In this document: positions 1 to 11,524 of the stretch, in pieces
Numbering within the stretch: position 1 is the first letter of the stretch
Layout of the letters: each line of letters starts with the position of its first letter
Source of the DNA: a bacterium
Lineage (GTDB): Bacteria; Ratteibacteria; UBA8468; B48-G9; JAFGKM01
DNA length: 64,000 bases
Assembly (NCBI GenBank): GCA_026414725.1
Contig: JAOAIL010000002.1
Span: 120,783 to 184,782 of the forward strand
Reading direction: 5' to 3'
Position numbers and translations under genes: made by a program
The notes under the pieces: generated by a model
What the model saw: the letters and a program-made list of their open reading frames with translations, nothing else
What the model was told of the DNA's origin: nothing
The model's database searches: none

Positions 1-2
1 TC

Positions 3-458
3 CAAGGGAGGGGATTAGATATTGGATGTGGTGCTGAAAAAGTTTCTCCTTCTTGCATAGGAATAGATATTATCGCGCCTGGGGAGAAAGGTAGATTTGG
101 TTCTCAAAAAGGAAAAATCTCAGTAGCAGATTATGTTATTTCTGGAGACAATCTCCATATTTTTAAAGATGAGGAATTTGACTTTATTGTAGCAAAACAT
201 AATTTAGAGCATTATTCACATCCAGATAAAACTCTGATGGAATGGAAGAGAGTGTTAAAAAAAGGGGGTAAGATAGGAGTTATTGTTCCTGACGATAGAT
301 ATGTGGATTCTACTGGATTAGACCCTACACATAAAGTGAGTTTCACTTTGGAAAATTTAGAAGAATTATTTAAAAACAAAGGTTTTATAATTCTTGCCTC
401 AGGAGTAGCAATAAAACATTGGAGTATTTACTTAATAGCTAAAAAACCAGAAATATAG
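3..458 (+). CDS. Class I SAM-dependent methyltransferase, 5' end cut by the window edge
   Basis: Frame 3 is open from base 3. It reads GLDIGCG (SAM motif I), then FDFIVAKHNLEH and LKKGGKIGVIVP, typical of the Methyltransf_11 type. Confidence 0.7.
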   Translation, partial: QGRGLDIGCGAEKVSPSCIGIDIIAPGEKGRFGSQKGKISVADYVISGDNLHIFKDEEFDFIVAKHNLEHYSHPDKTLMEWKRVLKKGGKIGVIVPDDRYVDSTGLDPTHKVSFTLENLEELFKNKGFIILASGVAIKHWSIYLIAKKPEI

Positions 459-467
459 AAGTGTAAA

Positions 468-1442
468 ATGAACTGGCCTAAAATTTCTTTTATTGTATGT
501 ACCTACAACTGTAAAAACAATGCAGAAAGATGTTTTACCAGTATAAAAAAACAGAAATACCCTGGGGAGATAGAATTGATTGCATCTGATGGTGGGTCTG
601 CCGATGGAACTGTTGAACTTCTTCAAAATATGGGTATCAAAGTTTTTTATAACAAAGAAAAATATCCAGAAGGTAAAGGCAGGGGAAAATGGCTTGGATA
701 TATACATAGTTCTGGAGATATATTAATCTTTATTGACTCTGATAATGCACTTGTTGAAGATACATGGTTAATGGAAATGGTTAAACCATTGATAAATGAC
801 CCATATATCAATTTCTGTATATGTAGAATGGCTGTAGTAAAAACAGATAAAGCGGTAAATAGATATCTAAGTTTGATTGGAACTGACCCATTTGTTTCAT
901 ATAAGTCCATTGACTCTCTCTTAGCACTGAGAAAACTAAAACTCATTGATAGAGGTGACTACTGGGTTTATAAAATTACTTTAGACAATTTCATTATAAC
1001 AGGAGGCTATTACTTTACTATCTGGAAAAAAACACTTGATATAATAGGAGGATATACCCATGATACTGATGTTGTCTATAACCTTGCTAAAAATAATATA
1101 TCTACGGTTGCAATCCCTAAAAACGCTCATCTTCACCATCTTATCTCAGATAGTATAGTACAATTCACAAGAAAAAAGTTCTGGTGGGCAACTGTATATT
1201 TCAGTATTCAAAAAGAAGGCAGGGACTTTACTTGGATGCCTACTACAAAAAAAGAAAAGATATGGTTGGGTATGAGGACTATAAAAAATCTATTATTTAT
1301 TCCGGAACTTCTTACAGGTATAAAAATGTGGATAATTGATAAAGAACCAGCATGGTTGCTACATCCTCTTATGGTTTTTCTTACAACGGGAGCATATTTT
1401 TCTGCATATGTAAAATCTACTTTAAATAAAAAATGGCTATAG
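468..1442 (+). CDS. Family 2 glycosyltransferase with hydrophobic C-terminal segments, possibly a polyprenyl-phosphate sugar synthase
   Basis: ISFIVCTYNC start of a GT-A fold, a DxD-like FIDSDN motif, and C-terminal hydrophobic stretches. Confidence 0.8.
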   Translation: MNWPKISFIVCTYNCKNNAERCFTSIKKQKYPGEIELIASDGGSADGTVELLQNMGIKVFYNKEKYPEGKGRGKWLGYIHSSGDILIFIDSDNALVEDTWLMEMVKPLINDPYINFCICRMAVVKTDKAVNRYLSLIGTDPFVSYKSIDSLLALRKLKLIDRGDYWVYKITLDNFIITGGYYFTIWKKTLDIIGGYTHDTDVVYNLAKNNISTVAIPKNAHLHHLISDSIVQFTRKKFWWATVYFSIQKEGRDFTWMPTTKKEKIWLGMRTIKNLLFIPELLTGIKMWIIDKEPAWLLHPLMVFLTTGAYFSAYVKSTLNKKWL

Positions 1443-3079
1443 AAAAAAAAATTATTGTAATTCTCGCCTTGATATACCTAATTACAGGTATTTCAGGTAT
1501 AAAATGGGGACTACCCTCATCATATCTTAATAAAATTTATTTTTACCAGTCATCTTCTCTTGAACAAAATTTAAACGATATAGAATTTTCTCATGGTAAA
1601 TTACCACGTTATACTTATAATCCGATAAGAAGTTATCACCCTGATGAGTATTTTATTATAAAAACACTTCAATCTATCAATCTCCCTTCGTTAAAATTTT
1701 CCATAGGGCAGTTTTCAATAGGCGGTGTTTATCTTTATATGTATGGTTTTCTGTTATTCATTCTTTCTTTTACTGGTCTTGTCCATCTAAACAAAGATAT
1801 TACATATTATTTCTTACATCCTGAAGAAATTGCAAAATTCTATTTAACTGGCAGGATAATATGTCTCATTTACGGTCTTGGAATAGTTTTACTCACTTAT
1901 ATTATCACGAGAAAAATTTCAAAAAATAGAACTGCTCCTTTTATCGCTTCTATTATATTAATTTTTTCTCCTTTATTCCTCTTAAATTCTCACTATATGT
2001 ATGTAGATATTCCAGGAACTTTCTGGATAATGCTCTCACTATATCTTTCCATAAGATATTGTCAGGATAAGTGGAAATCAGGTCCTTTAATAATCGGACT
2101 CTTTACAGGACTTGCAGCAGGAACAAAGATTACTTTCATCCTCTCATTTTTCATATCTATTTTAGCCATACTATTAACAGAGAAGAAAATACAAGATTTG
2201 TTTAAACAGTTTACATTGACCTTCTGTGGATTTCTATTTTCTTTTGTTTTGTTTAATCCTTTCTGCTTTTTTGCTTTAAAAGAATTATTCTTTGGAACAG
2301 GACAGGGTAGTGTTGCTTTTTCTTTTACTCCTTTGTTTTACATTCTTTCATTGAAATATGGATTAGGATTATTGTTATTTGTTTTTCTCTTTATTGGAAT
2401 TATCTTTTCAGGACAGAAAATTTTTGAACGTGAGAGAATTTTAATATTGCTTTGGGGATTATTCTTCTTTTTTGTTCTCTCTTCATGTAGTGGGAAATTT
2501 GCCCGTTATATCCTTCCAATTGTGCCACTATTTATAATATTAGGTATTGATTTCTGGTTCTCTTATTCTAAGATAAATCTTGTAAAATTTTTAAAAAAAG
2601 GGATATTATCGCTCGTATTAATAAGTACTTTTATATATGGAATGGCATTTGAAATGCTATTTATAAAAGAAAATATACGCACAGAAGCGGGTGTATGGAT
2701 TAAAGAAAATATCCCTGCAGGTAGTAGTATAGGCGTTACAGAAGTACCATGGCAGTTTCAGATGCCACCTTTTGATTATTATGTCTATAAGGTAGAGGTC
2801 ACAGGATATGATATTGAATCGTTAAAAGAAACACAACCTGACTACTTTATTCTTTCTTCATTTCAGGCACCAATTCCTCCTTACCCTCTTAAATTACAGA
2901 AAGAAAGAATTAATTTTTATAAAGAGTTTATTGCTACAGGGATGTATACAGAAGAAATGCGATTTGAAAAATATCCATCTTTGGGATTTATATCTTTCAG
3001 ATTTAAAACCCTGCCTGAGGATTTAATATATCTGAATCCTTCTATTGTGATTTACAGAAAAGTCATTTATAATAATTAA
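1433..3079 (+). CDS. Polytopic membrane glycosyltransferase, GT-C fold (ArnT/PMT, GT39-like)
   Basis: More than 10 predicted TM helices, an acidic HPDEYF motif in the first loop, a soluble C-terminal domain, and a 10-nt overlap with the upstream GT2 gene. Confidence 0.55.
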   Translation: MAIEKKIIVILALIYLITGISGIKWGLPSSYLNKIYFYQSSSLEQNLNDIEFSHGKLPRYTYNPIRSYHPDEYFIIKTLQSINLPSLKFSIGQFSIGGVYLYMYGFLLFILSFTGLVHLNKDITYYFLHPEEIAKFYLTGRIICLIYGLGIVLLTYIITRKISKNRTAPFIASIILIFSPLFLLNSHYMYVDIPGTFWIMLSLYLSIRYCQDKWKSGPLIIGLFTGLAAGTKITFILSFFISILAILLTEKKIQDLFKQFTLTFCGFLFSFVLFNPFCFFALKELFFGTGQGSVAFSFTPLFYILSLKYGLGLLLFVFLFIGIIFSGQKIFERERILILLWGLFFFFVLSSCSGKFARYILPIVPLFIILGIDFWFSYSKINLVKFLKKGILSLVLISTFIYGMAFEMLFIKENIRTEAGVWIKENIPAGSSIGVTEVPWQFQMPPFDYYVYKVEVTGYDIESLKETQPDYFILSSFQAPIPPYPLKLQKERINFYKEFIATGMYTEEMRFEKYPSLGFISFRFKTLPEDLIYLNPSIVIYRKVIYNN

Positions 3080-3162
3080 CTACATCTTTTCTCTTCTCTC
3101 CAACTCTTTTTATCAGATAGGATTATAAGAAGAGAAAGATGCGAACATAAAGGGAAAAAGAA

Positions 3163-4161
3163 ATGTTTGATTACCATTTACCAAAAGAATTAATAGCACA
3201 GTATCCCTTTAAGAAAAGGGATAAAGCACGGTTAATGGTGTTGAATAGAAATAAAGGAGAGATAAAAGAAAATATATTTAATGAGATTACAGAATATTTT
3301 GAGGAAGGAGACACATTGGTATTAAATGATTCAAAAGTAATACCTGCTCGTTTAAGAGGTAAAAAAAATACAGGAGGGAAAATTGAAATTTTTCTATTAA
3401 GAAAAACACAACCATATATATGGGAAGTTTTAATCAGAGGGAATATAAAACAAAAACAGGAATGCGAAGTAATAAAAGAAAATAGAAAACTATCCTTAAA
3501 GATTCTGGAAAGAACCGCAACGGGAAGTTATATAATAGAATTCCCTACAGATAAAGAATCGGAAATTTTTAATTTTGGAGAGATACCTCTTCCTCCTTAT
3601 ATAAAGAGAAAGCCTGAAAAAGAGGATGATATATTTTATCAGACAGTATATGGTAAAAAAGAAGGTTCAGTCGCAGCACCAACAGCAGGATTGCATTTTA
3701 CTAATCCACTACTGGGGAAAATTGAAAATAAGGGGATTAATATTACTTATATAACTCTACATATTGGATGGGCTTCGTTCAAGATATTAAGAGATACAGA
3801 AAAAGAAGTAGGAGAAGAGTTTATAGAGATTTCAGAAGAAGCATCTAAAATAATAAATAAAACAAAAAAAGAAAAAAGGAGAGTGATTGCTGTAGGAACA
3901 AGTACAGTAAGGACACTTGAGAGTTCTGTAAAAGAAGGTAGAATTATTCCTTCCTGTGGATATACAGACCTATTTATAAAACCCGGTTTCAAGTTTAAAA
4001 TCGTAGATGCTCTTATTACAAATTTTCACTTACCGGGTTCAACCCATCTTTTACTCGTATGTGCCTTTGGAGGAACCCACTTTATAGAAAAAGCATATAA
4101 AATTGCTATTGAAAAAAAATACAGGTTCTATTCATATGGAGATGCAATGTTAATTGTGTAA
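3163..4161 (+). CDS. queA: S-adenosylmethionine:tRNA ribosyltransferase-isomerase
   Basis: N-terminus MFDYHLPKELIAQYP, typical length of 332 aa, and immediately upstream of tgt. Confidence 0.95.
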   Translation: MFDYHLPKELIAQYPFKKRDKARLMVLNRNKGEIKENIFNEITEYFEEGDTLVLNDSKVIPARLRGKKNTGGKIEIFLLRKTQPYIWEVLIRGNIKQKQECEVIKENRKLSLKILERTATGSYIIEFPTDKESEIFNFGEIPLPPYIKRKPEKEDDIFYQTVYGKKEGSVAAPTAGLHFTNPLLGKIENKGINITYITLHIGWASFKILRDTEKEVGEEFIEISEEASKIINKTKKEKRRVIAVGTSTVRTLESSVKEGRIIPSCGYTDLFIKPGFKFKIVDALITNFHLPGSTHLLLVCAFGGTHFIEKAYKIAIEKKYRFYSYGDAMLIV

Positions 4162-4221
4162 AAATTAACATTAATCTGAGTTTTTCTTCTTTAGAAATAG
4201 GAAGTTGTGAAAAGGAAGTAA

Positions 4222-5346
<1,125 letters not shown>

Positions 5347-5434
5347 AATTCATTTTTTTTATCTATTACTCTCCCATCATATAAAAAAGGAGAGAAAGAA
5401 GCAAAACGGAATAAAAAAAAGAGGAGGATAAAAA

Positions 5435-5731
5435 ATGATATTTGCACAAACACAACCAGTACAAACAAATCCATTAGGTGCTTTATTCCCACTTATATTG
5501 ATATTCTTCGTTTTTTATTTCCTTTTAATTTTACCTCAACAGAAAAAGCAGAAAGCACATAAAAAAATGCTGGATGAACTTAAAGAAGGAGATAGAGTTA
5601 TTACAATAGGTGGTGCGATTGGAACTGTAAGCAAAATCAAAGATAATATAATAACTATTGAGTTTAAAGATGGAGTTAAAATTGATTTTATAAAAAATGC
5701 TATATCTCAGGTAATTAAACCACAGACATAA
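5435..5731 (+). CDS. yajC: Preprotein translocase subunit YajC
   Basis: 98 aa with one N-terminal TM helix and a GDRVITIGGAIGTV motif; follows tgt. Confidence 0.85.
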   Translation: MIFAQTQPVQTNPLGALFPLILIFFVFYFLLILPQQKKQKAHKKMLDELKEGDRVITIGGAIGTVSKIKDNIITIEFKDGVKIDFIKNAISQVIKPQT

Positions 5732-5733
5732 AA

Positions 5734-8397
5734 ATGATGGAAGCAAAATTCCCTCCGCAATATAATCCTGAAGGAATAGAAACAGAACTATATAAGTTCT
5801 GGGAACAGAGTGGTTACTTTTCCACTTTTTATCATAGGAAAGAAAGAAAATATTATGTAATAGTAATACCTCCTCCTAATATAACAGGTGTTCTTCATAT
5901 GGGACATGCTCTTAATAATACTATACAAGATATTTTAATCAGGTGGAAGAGAATGTCAGGATTCAACGCATTATGGATTCCAGGAACAGACCATGCAGGG
6001 ATAGCCACACAGAATGTTGTTGAAAAGATGCTGAGGGAGAAAAATTTAGACAGAAAAACGCTCGGTAGAGAGAAATTTATTGAAGAAGTCTGGAAATGGA
6101 AAGAAAAATATGGCTCAACTATTATATTTCAATTAAAAAAATTGGGTGCTTCCTGTGATTGGACAAGAGAAAGATTCACTATGGATAAAGAGCTATCTCA
6201 TGCTGTTAGAGAAGCTTTTATCCATCTTTATAACAAGGGACTTATTTATAAAGGAAAACGTATAATCCATTGGTGTTGTAGATGTGGAACAGCACTCTCT
6301 GATGAAGAAGTAAATTATAGAGATGAAGATACTTTTCTTTACTATATAAAATATCCTCTTATAGATGGAGGTTTTATTGAGGTCGCTACAACAAGGCCAG
6401 AAACAATGTTGGGAGATACTGCTGTTGCAGTTAATCCAATAGATGAAAGATACAAAAGATTTATAGGAAAACAGATAAAACTACCTTTCGTAGATAGAAT
6501 TATACCGATTATACAGGATGAAAAAGTAGAGTTAGAATTTGGTACTGGAGCAGTAAAAGTTACCCCTGCCCATGACCCTGTGGATTTTGAAATAGGGACA
6601 AGCCATAATCTACCTTTTGTTATTGTTATTAATGAAGAAGGAATAATGAATGACTTTGCAGGAAGATTCAAAGGGATGGATAGGTTTAAATGTAGAGAAG
6701 AAATAGTCAAAGCATTAGATGAAATGAAACTTCTAACAAAAAGGGAATCATATACTACAAGGATAGGGATATGCTACAGATGTGATACTGTAATAGAACC
6801 TTATCTTTCCTCACAGTGGTTTGTAAGGATGAAACCTCTTGCAGAACCAGCAATAGAAGCAGCGGAAAAAAATATTTTGAAATTTCATCCTGAACGATGG
6901 AAAAAGGTTTATCTTAATTGGTTATATAATATCAAGGACTGGTGTATCAGCAGACAGATATGGTGGGGACACAGAATACCTGTATGGTATTGTAAGGAAT
7001 GTTATGAAAATAACTCAGAAAAAGGTATTTTTGTTTCTATAGATATTCCTGTTAATTGTCCATCTTGCGGAGGGTCTAATATCTATCAGGACCCGGATGT
7101 ACTTGATACATGGTTTTCTTCATGGTTATGGCCATTTTCCGTATTTGGCTGGCCTGAACAAACACAAGACCTTGAAATTTATTATCCTACAGATACCCTT
7201 GTAACCGCTCAAGAAATTCTTTTCTTCTGGGTTGCAAGAATGGTAATGGCTGGTTATGAATTTATGGGAAAACAACCATTTACAAATATTGTAATACATG
7301 GAACAGTAAGAGATAAAACTGGAAGAAAAATGAGTAAATCACTTGGTAATATAATAGACCCTCTTGATATTATTGAAAACTATGGAGCAGATAGTTTAAG
7401 ATTTGGGCTAATCTCTATGACATCAGCAGGTCAGGATGTATTCCTTTCCCCGACATTTTATATTAAGGGGAGGAATTTCACAAACAAACTATGGAATGCA
7501 TCCAGATTTATTATCAGTACTGCAGAGAAGTCTAAAGACAAAATTATATTACCAGAAGGATTTGAAGGGATAAAATTCCCTGAAAAGTGGATTATTACAG
7601 TCCTTGATGAGTGTATTGAAAAAACAACTAATGCTTTGAATGATTTTAGACTTAACGAAGCCATAAACACACTTTATGACTTTTTCTGGCATACTTTTTG
7701 TGACTGGTATCTTGAAATATCTAAGGTATATACGGGATATGAAGAAGATTATTTTAAAGAAAAAGTTATACCTATACTATTTCATATACATATAACCCTT
7801 TTAAAAATGTTACATCCTTTCATACCATTTATAACAGAAAAATTATGGCAGATTTTTATAAACTATTGCAATTTAGAACAAAACAGTATAATGATAAGTT
7901 CGTGGCCTGAAAGACGTGGCATTATCAGAGAAGAAACAATTATAGAAAATATGGAAGATATTATGGAAATAATAACGAGTATACGAAATCTTAAAATGCG
8001 TTTTGGTATTCCTATCTCAAGACAGATTAGTTGTTATTTTGACCATATTCCGGAAGAATTATCTCTTAGAATAATATCAAAACTGGCTGGGGTAGATAAA
8101 ATTTCTAGTTTTCCAGAAGGTAAAAAAGAAAATCTATTGATAAAAAATTTAAGAGAGGGTAGAATTGGAATATCTTTTGAGGGTATAATAGATATCCCGA
8201 AAGAGCTTGATAAACTATACAGAGAAGAGTTTAAGTTAAACAGTCATCTTGTAAAGATAGAAAAAAAGTTAAATAGTCCTGATTTTATATCAAAAGCACC
8301 GGAAGAGGTTCAACAGAAGGAAAAAGAGAAAAAACAACAGTTAGAAGAAGCTCTGGAAAATATAAGGAAAGACATAAATTTTATAGTGGGAAAGTAA
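5734..8397 (+). CDS. valS: Valine--tRNA ligase
   Basis: HMGHAL (HIGH), KMSKSLGN (KMSKS), an editing domain and a C-terminal coiled coil; 887 aa. Confidence 0.97.
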   Translation: MMEAKFPPQYNPEGIETELYKFWEQSGYFSTFYHRKERKYYVIVIPPPNITGVLHMGHALNNTIQDILIRWKRMSGFNALWIPGTDHAGIATQNVVEKMLREKNLDRKTLGREKFIEEVWKWKEKYGSTIIFQLKKLGASCDWTRERFTMDKELSHAVREAFIHLYNKGLIYKGKRIIHWCCRCGTALSDEEVNYRDEDTFLYYIKYPLIDGGFIEVATTRPETMLGDTAVAVNPIDERYKRFIGKQIKLPFVDRIIPIIQDEKVELEFGTGAVKVTPAHDPVDFEIGTSHNLPFVIVINEEGIMNDFAGRFKGMDRFKCREEIVKALDEMKLLTKRESYTTRIGICYRCDTVIEPYLSSQWFVRMKPLAEPAIEAAEKNILKFHPERWKKVYLNWLYNIKDWCISRQIWWGHRIPVWYCKECYENNSEKGIFVSIDIPVNCPSCGGSNIYQDPDVLDTWFSSWLWPFSVFGWPEQTQDLEIYYPTDTLVTAQEILFFWVARMVMAGYEFMGKQPFTNIVIHGTVRDKTGRKMSKSLGNIIDPLDIIENYGADSLRFGLISMTSAGQDVFLSPTFYIKGRNFTNKLWNASRFIISTAEKSKDKIILPEGFEGIKFPEKWIITVLDECIEKTTNALNDFRLNEAINTLYDFFWHTFCDWYLEISKVYTGYEEDYFKEKVIPILFHIHITLLKMLHPFIPFITEKLWQIFINYCNLEQNSIMISSWPERRGIIREETIIENMEDIMEIITSIRNLKMRFGIPISRQISCYFDHIPEELSLRIISKLAGVDKISSFPEGKKENLLIKNLREGRIGISFEGIIDIPKELDKLYREEFKLNSHLVKIEKKLNSPDFISKAPEEVQQKEKEKKQQLEEALENIRKDINFIVGK

Positions 8398-8422
8398 AAA
8401 CAAGATAAAAGAAAGGAGAAAT

Positions 8423-8737
8423 ATGGATGTTTTTGTTAATATCAATGGGAAACAGGTAAGAGTAAAAGAGGGGATGTTGTTTTCAACCTTTAGAATCAAA
8501 GACAAAAAAGTTGGAGATCAGATACAACTTATCCCTGTGTGCTGTATAGATGAACAGGGAATAGTCACCGATGCCAGAAAACTTAAAAATATAAAGGTCA
8601 TATGTGATATTGTTGAAGAAAAAAAGGGCAAAAAGGTCTATTCCTTCAAGAAAAAATCCAAAACTGGATATAAGAGAGGATATGGGCATAGAGATAAGTT
8701 GATGGTAATCAAAGTATCAACGATAGAAAAAAAGTGA
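8423..8737 (+). CDS. rplU: 50S ribosomal protein L21
   Basis: 104 aa. NGKQVRVKEG near the N-terminus and a basic KKKSKTGYKRGYGHR segment match the L21 pattern. Confidence 0.85.
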   Translation: MDVFVNINGKQVRVKEGMLFSTFRIKDKKVGDQIQLIPVCCIDEQGIVTDARKLKNIKVICDIVEEKKGKKVYSFKKKSKTGYKRGYGHRDKLMVIKVSTIEKK

Positions 8738-9855
8738 AGACCTCTAAAGAGATAATTTCTGGTACCTTCGCAGGAAGGAAAGCAGTTCTTGTTGCATTTA
8801 GAGAACATAAAGAATATGAGACAGAAGAAGCGGTTAAAGAATTGGAATTTTTATCAGCAACATTACGTCTTAAAGTTATAAAAGAATTTATCTACAGGCA
8901 AGATACTGTCCATCCTGCTACCTATATTGGTAAAGGACGTCTTGAAGAAATAAAAGCATATACAGACAGAGAGAAAATTGATTTTCTTATATTCGGCACT
9001 GAACTTACACCTGTCCAACAGAGAAATTTAGAGGACTATATAAAAATAAGAGTAATTGATCGGACAGAACTTATACTTCATATATTCGGAGAACATGCAA
9101 AATCAAGAGAAGGTAAAATCCAGGTTGAGCTCGCCCAACTTTCCTATATACTTCCGAGATTAACTGGTTATGGTATATCTCTTTCAAGAACAGGAGGAGG
9201 CTTCGGAACAAGAGGTCCCGGAGAAATGAAACTTGAAGTATATAGAAGACGAATTAAAGAAAGAATGCATCGTCTAAAAGAGGAGATAAAAGAGATAGAA
9301 CAACATAGAGAAATTATCCGAAGGTCAAGAAAAAGAAAAAATTTCCCTCTGGTTTCTATAATTGGTTATACTAATGTAGGGAAGACAAGCATAATAAACA
9401 AAATGAGTTCCTCAGAACTTTATGTAGCCAATAAACTATTTTCTACACTGGACCCTGCAACAAGGGGAGTCTATCTGGGAGAAAACAGAATATGTCTTAT
9501 AACAGATACTGTAGGACTTCTTCATAATATACCTCACCATATGATAGAAGCATTTAAATCCACTCTTGAAGAAGTCAGTTTTGCAGACCTTATCCTCTGT
9601 GTATATGACTGCTCTTTACCAAATATGGAAAAGCAATACAGGACTGTTATAGACGTTCTTAAACTACTTTCCTGTGAGGATAAACCTAAAATTGATGTGT
9701 ATAATAAGATAGACCTTTTAAATATAGAGGACCTGCATATCATCAAGGATAGATATCCTGAGGCTGTTTTCATCTCTACATATACAGGTGAGGGTATTGA
9801 TACTTTAAAAGATAGGATAAAAGAGGTTCTATATGGGAATCCCGTTAGGACTTAA
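8734..9855 (+). CDS. hflX: GTPase HflX
   Basis: HflX N-domain (YIGKGRLEEI, QRNLE), P-loop GYTNVGKTS and DTVG. GTG start overlaps the rplU stop (GTGA). Confidence 0.9.
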   Translation: MKTSKEIISGTFAGRKAVLVAFREHKEYETEEAVKELEFLSATLRLKVIKEFIYRQDTVHPATYIGKGRLEEIKAYTDREKIDFLIFGTELTPVQQRNLEDYIKIRVIDRTELILHIFGEHAKSREGKIQVELAQLSYILPRLTGYGISLSRTGGGFGTRGPGEMKLEVYRRRIKERMHRLKEEIKEIEQHREIIRRSRKRKNFPLVSIIGYTNVGKTSIINKMSSSELYVANKLFSTLDPATRGVYLGENRICLITDTVGLLHNIPHHMIEAFKSTLEEVSFADLILCVYDCSLPNMEKQYRTVIDVLKLLSCEDKPKIDVYNKIDLLNIEDLHIIKDRYPEAVFISTYTGEGIDTLKDRIKEVLYGNPVRT

Positions 9856-10855
9856 TGACACAAAAAAAATTTCAGAGATAGTAGAAGTGATAGAAAAGGG
9901 AAGATATTTTCTACTCACAACTCATCGTAATATAGATGGAGATGCTATAGGAAGTGAACTTGCACTTTACAGTGCATTAAAAAGAGCAGGAAAAGAAGCA
10001 ATTATTATAAACCAGGACAGTATACCTGCTATATATAAATTTTTACCCTATACAAGAAAAATTCAGACATATATATCAGATACTTTAATAGTACCGGATA
10101 TTGCCATAGTTATTGACTGTGGCTCCGCCGATAGAACAGGAAGTGTTTTCAAACTTGTAAAAAGAGCAAAAATTATTGTAAATATAGACCACCATTTTTC
10201 TAATCCCGGATTTGCAAATATAAATTGGATAAATCACCATTTCTCAGCAACAGGTGAGATGGTCTACTTTTTAATATCTTGTTTTAATAAAGATATTTCT
10301 AGAAAAGAAGCAGAGTGTCTTTACACAGCAATACTTACAGATACAGGAAATTTCATTTATAATATAAGCCCATTTACTATGGAAGTTATACAGAATTTAA
10401 TAAACAAAGGTATTTCTCCTGTAAAAATTGCGAGAAAGGTATATTTAGAAAGGCCTTTTAGGTCTATTAAACTACTTTCCCTCGCACTAAGAAACTTAAA
10501 ATTTGAAAGAAGGAAAAAGGTCTGCTGGATGAAGATAAGTCAGGATATGTACAGAAATACCAGAACAAAAGAGGAAGATACAGAAAATTTTATTGATTTG
10601 CTGGTAAAGATAAAAGAGGCGAATATAGTATTCCTGATTAAAGAGACACATAATGTAATAAAAGTAAGTTTAAGAAGTAAGGGAAGATTTGATGTTGAAA
10701 GAATAGCTGCAAAATTTGGTGGAGGAGGACATAAAAAAGCAGCGGGTTGTTATTTTACAGGCACATCATTGGATGAAGTAGAAGAAAAAATACTTAACGA
10801 AATTGATAAAATAAAATCTTTAAGAAATTATGAACGGGATAATCCCTGTAAATAA
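9833..10855 (+). CDS. nrnA: DHH/DHHA1 family phosphoesterase (NrnA-like oligoribonuclease/pAp phosphatase)
   Basis: DGDAIGS, NIDHH and GGGH motifs. The start is uncertain because it overlaps hflX by 23 nt. Confidence 0.8.
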   Translation: MGIPLGLNDTKKISEIVEVIEKGRYFLLTTHRNIDGDAIGSELALYSALKRAGKEAIIINQDSIPAIYKFLPYTRKIQTYISDTLIVPDIAIVIDCGSADRTGSVFKLVKRAKIIVNIDHHFSNPGFANINWINHHFSATGEMVYFLISCFNKDISRKEAECLYTAILTDTGNFIYNISPFTMEVIQNLINKGISPVKIARKVYLERPFRSIKLLSLALRNLKFERRKKVCWMKISQDMYRNTRTKEEDTENFIDLLVKIKEANIVFLIKETHNVIKVSLRSKGRFDVERIAAKFGGGGHKKAAGCYFTGTSLDEVEEKILNEIDKIKSLRNYERDNPCK

Positions 10856-11498
10856 ACCAGAAGGTATTACTTCCTATGATGTAATACGATTTATAAAAAG
10901 GACTTTTAGATTAAGAGATAAGATAGGACACGCAGGAACACTTGATCCCCTTGCTTCAGGAATTCTTATTATCTGTGTGGGAAAAGCTACTAAAATGAGC
11001 ACAAAATTTATGAATATGGAAAAAGAATATGAAGCAAAATTACTACTTGGAGTTATAACAGACACAGATGATATCAATGGAAAAGTTATAAAAGAAAATG
11101 AGGTTAATGTTGATGAGAAAGAGATTAAAAATATTATAAAAAGTTTTGAAGGTGAAATTGAACAGATTCCTCCTATTGTTTCTGCAATAAAAAAAGAAGG
11201 GACACCTTTCTACAAACTACACAGAAGGGGAATATCTTTATCTCCGCCTGTAAGAAAGGTTTTTATAAAAAAGATTGATATAATAAATATCTCTCTCCCT
11301 TATGTGAAATTCAGGGTTATTTGTTCAAAGGGTACTTATATAAGAGCATTATGTAGAGATATTGGCAACAAACTTGGTTGTGGAGGAACACAGACAGGTC
11401 TGAAAAGAATAAGGGTAGGGGATTTTAAAATAGAAGATACAGTTACATTGGAAGAATTAGAGAAAAACGGACTGGAGCGATATATTATTACTGTTTAG
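10830..11498 (+). CDS. truB: tRNA pseudouridine(55) synthase
   Basis: GHAGTLDPLASG catalytic Asp motif; GTYIRAL. Confidence 0.93.
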   Translation: MNGIIPVNKPEGITSYDVIRFIKRTFRLRDKIGHAGTLDPLASGILIICVGKATKMSTKFMNMEKEYEAKLLLGVITDTDDINGKVIKENEVNVDEKEIKNIIKSFEGEIEQIPPIVSAIKKEGTPFYKLHRRGISLSPPVRKVFIKKIDIINISLPYVKFRVICSKGTYIRALCRDIGNKLGCGGTQTGLKRIRVGDFKIEDTVTLEELEKNGLERYIITV

Positions 11499-11524
11499 TA
11501 GTTTTTTAAACTTTAAAATGTAAT

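Noticed and set aside
3080-3162. Possible preQ1 riboswitch upstream of queA-tgt
   Set aside because: There is no small hairpin followed by the A-rich tail and conserved CUA/ACUA elements. As far as I recall, preQ1 riboswitches control preQ1 synthesis and transport genes rather than queA/tgt. Only a weak long-loop inverted repeat is present, and it is reported separately at low interest.
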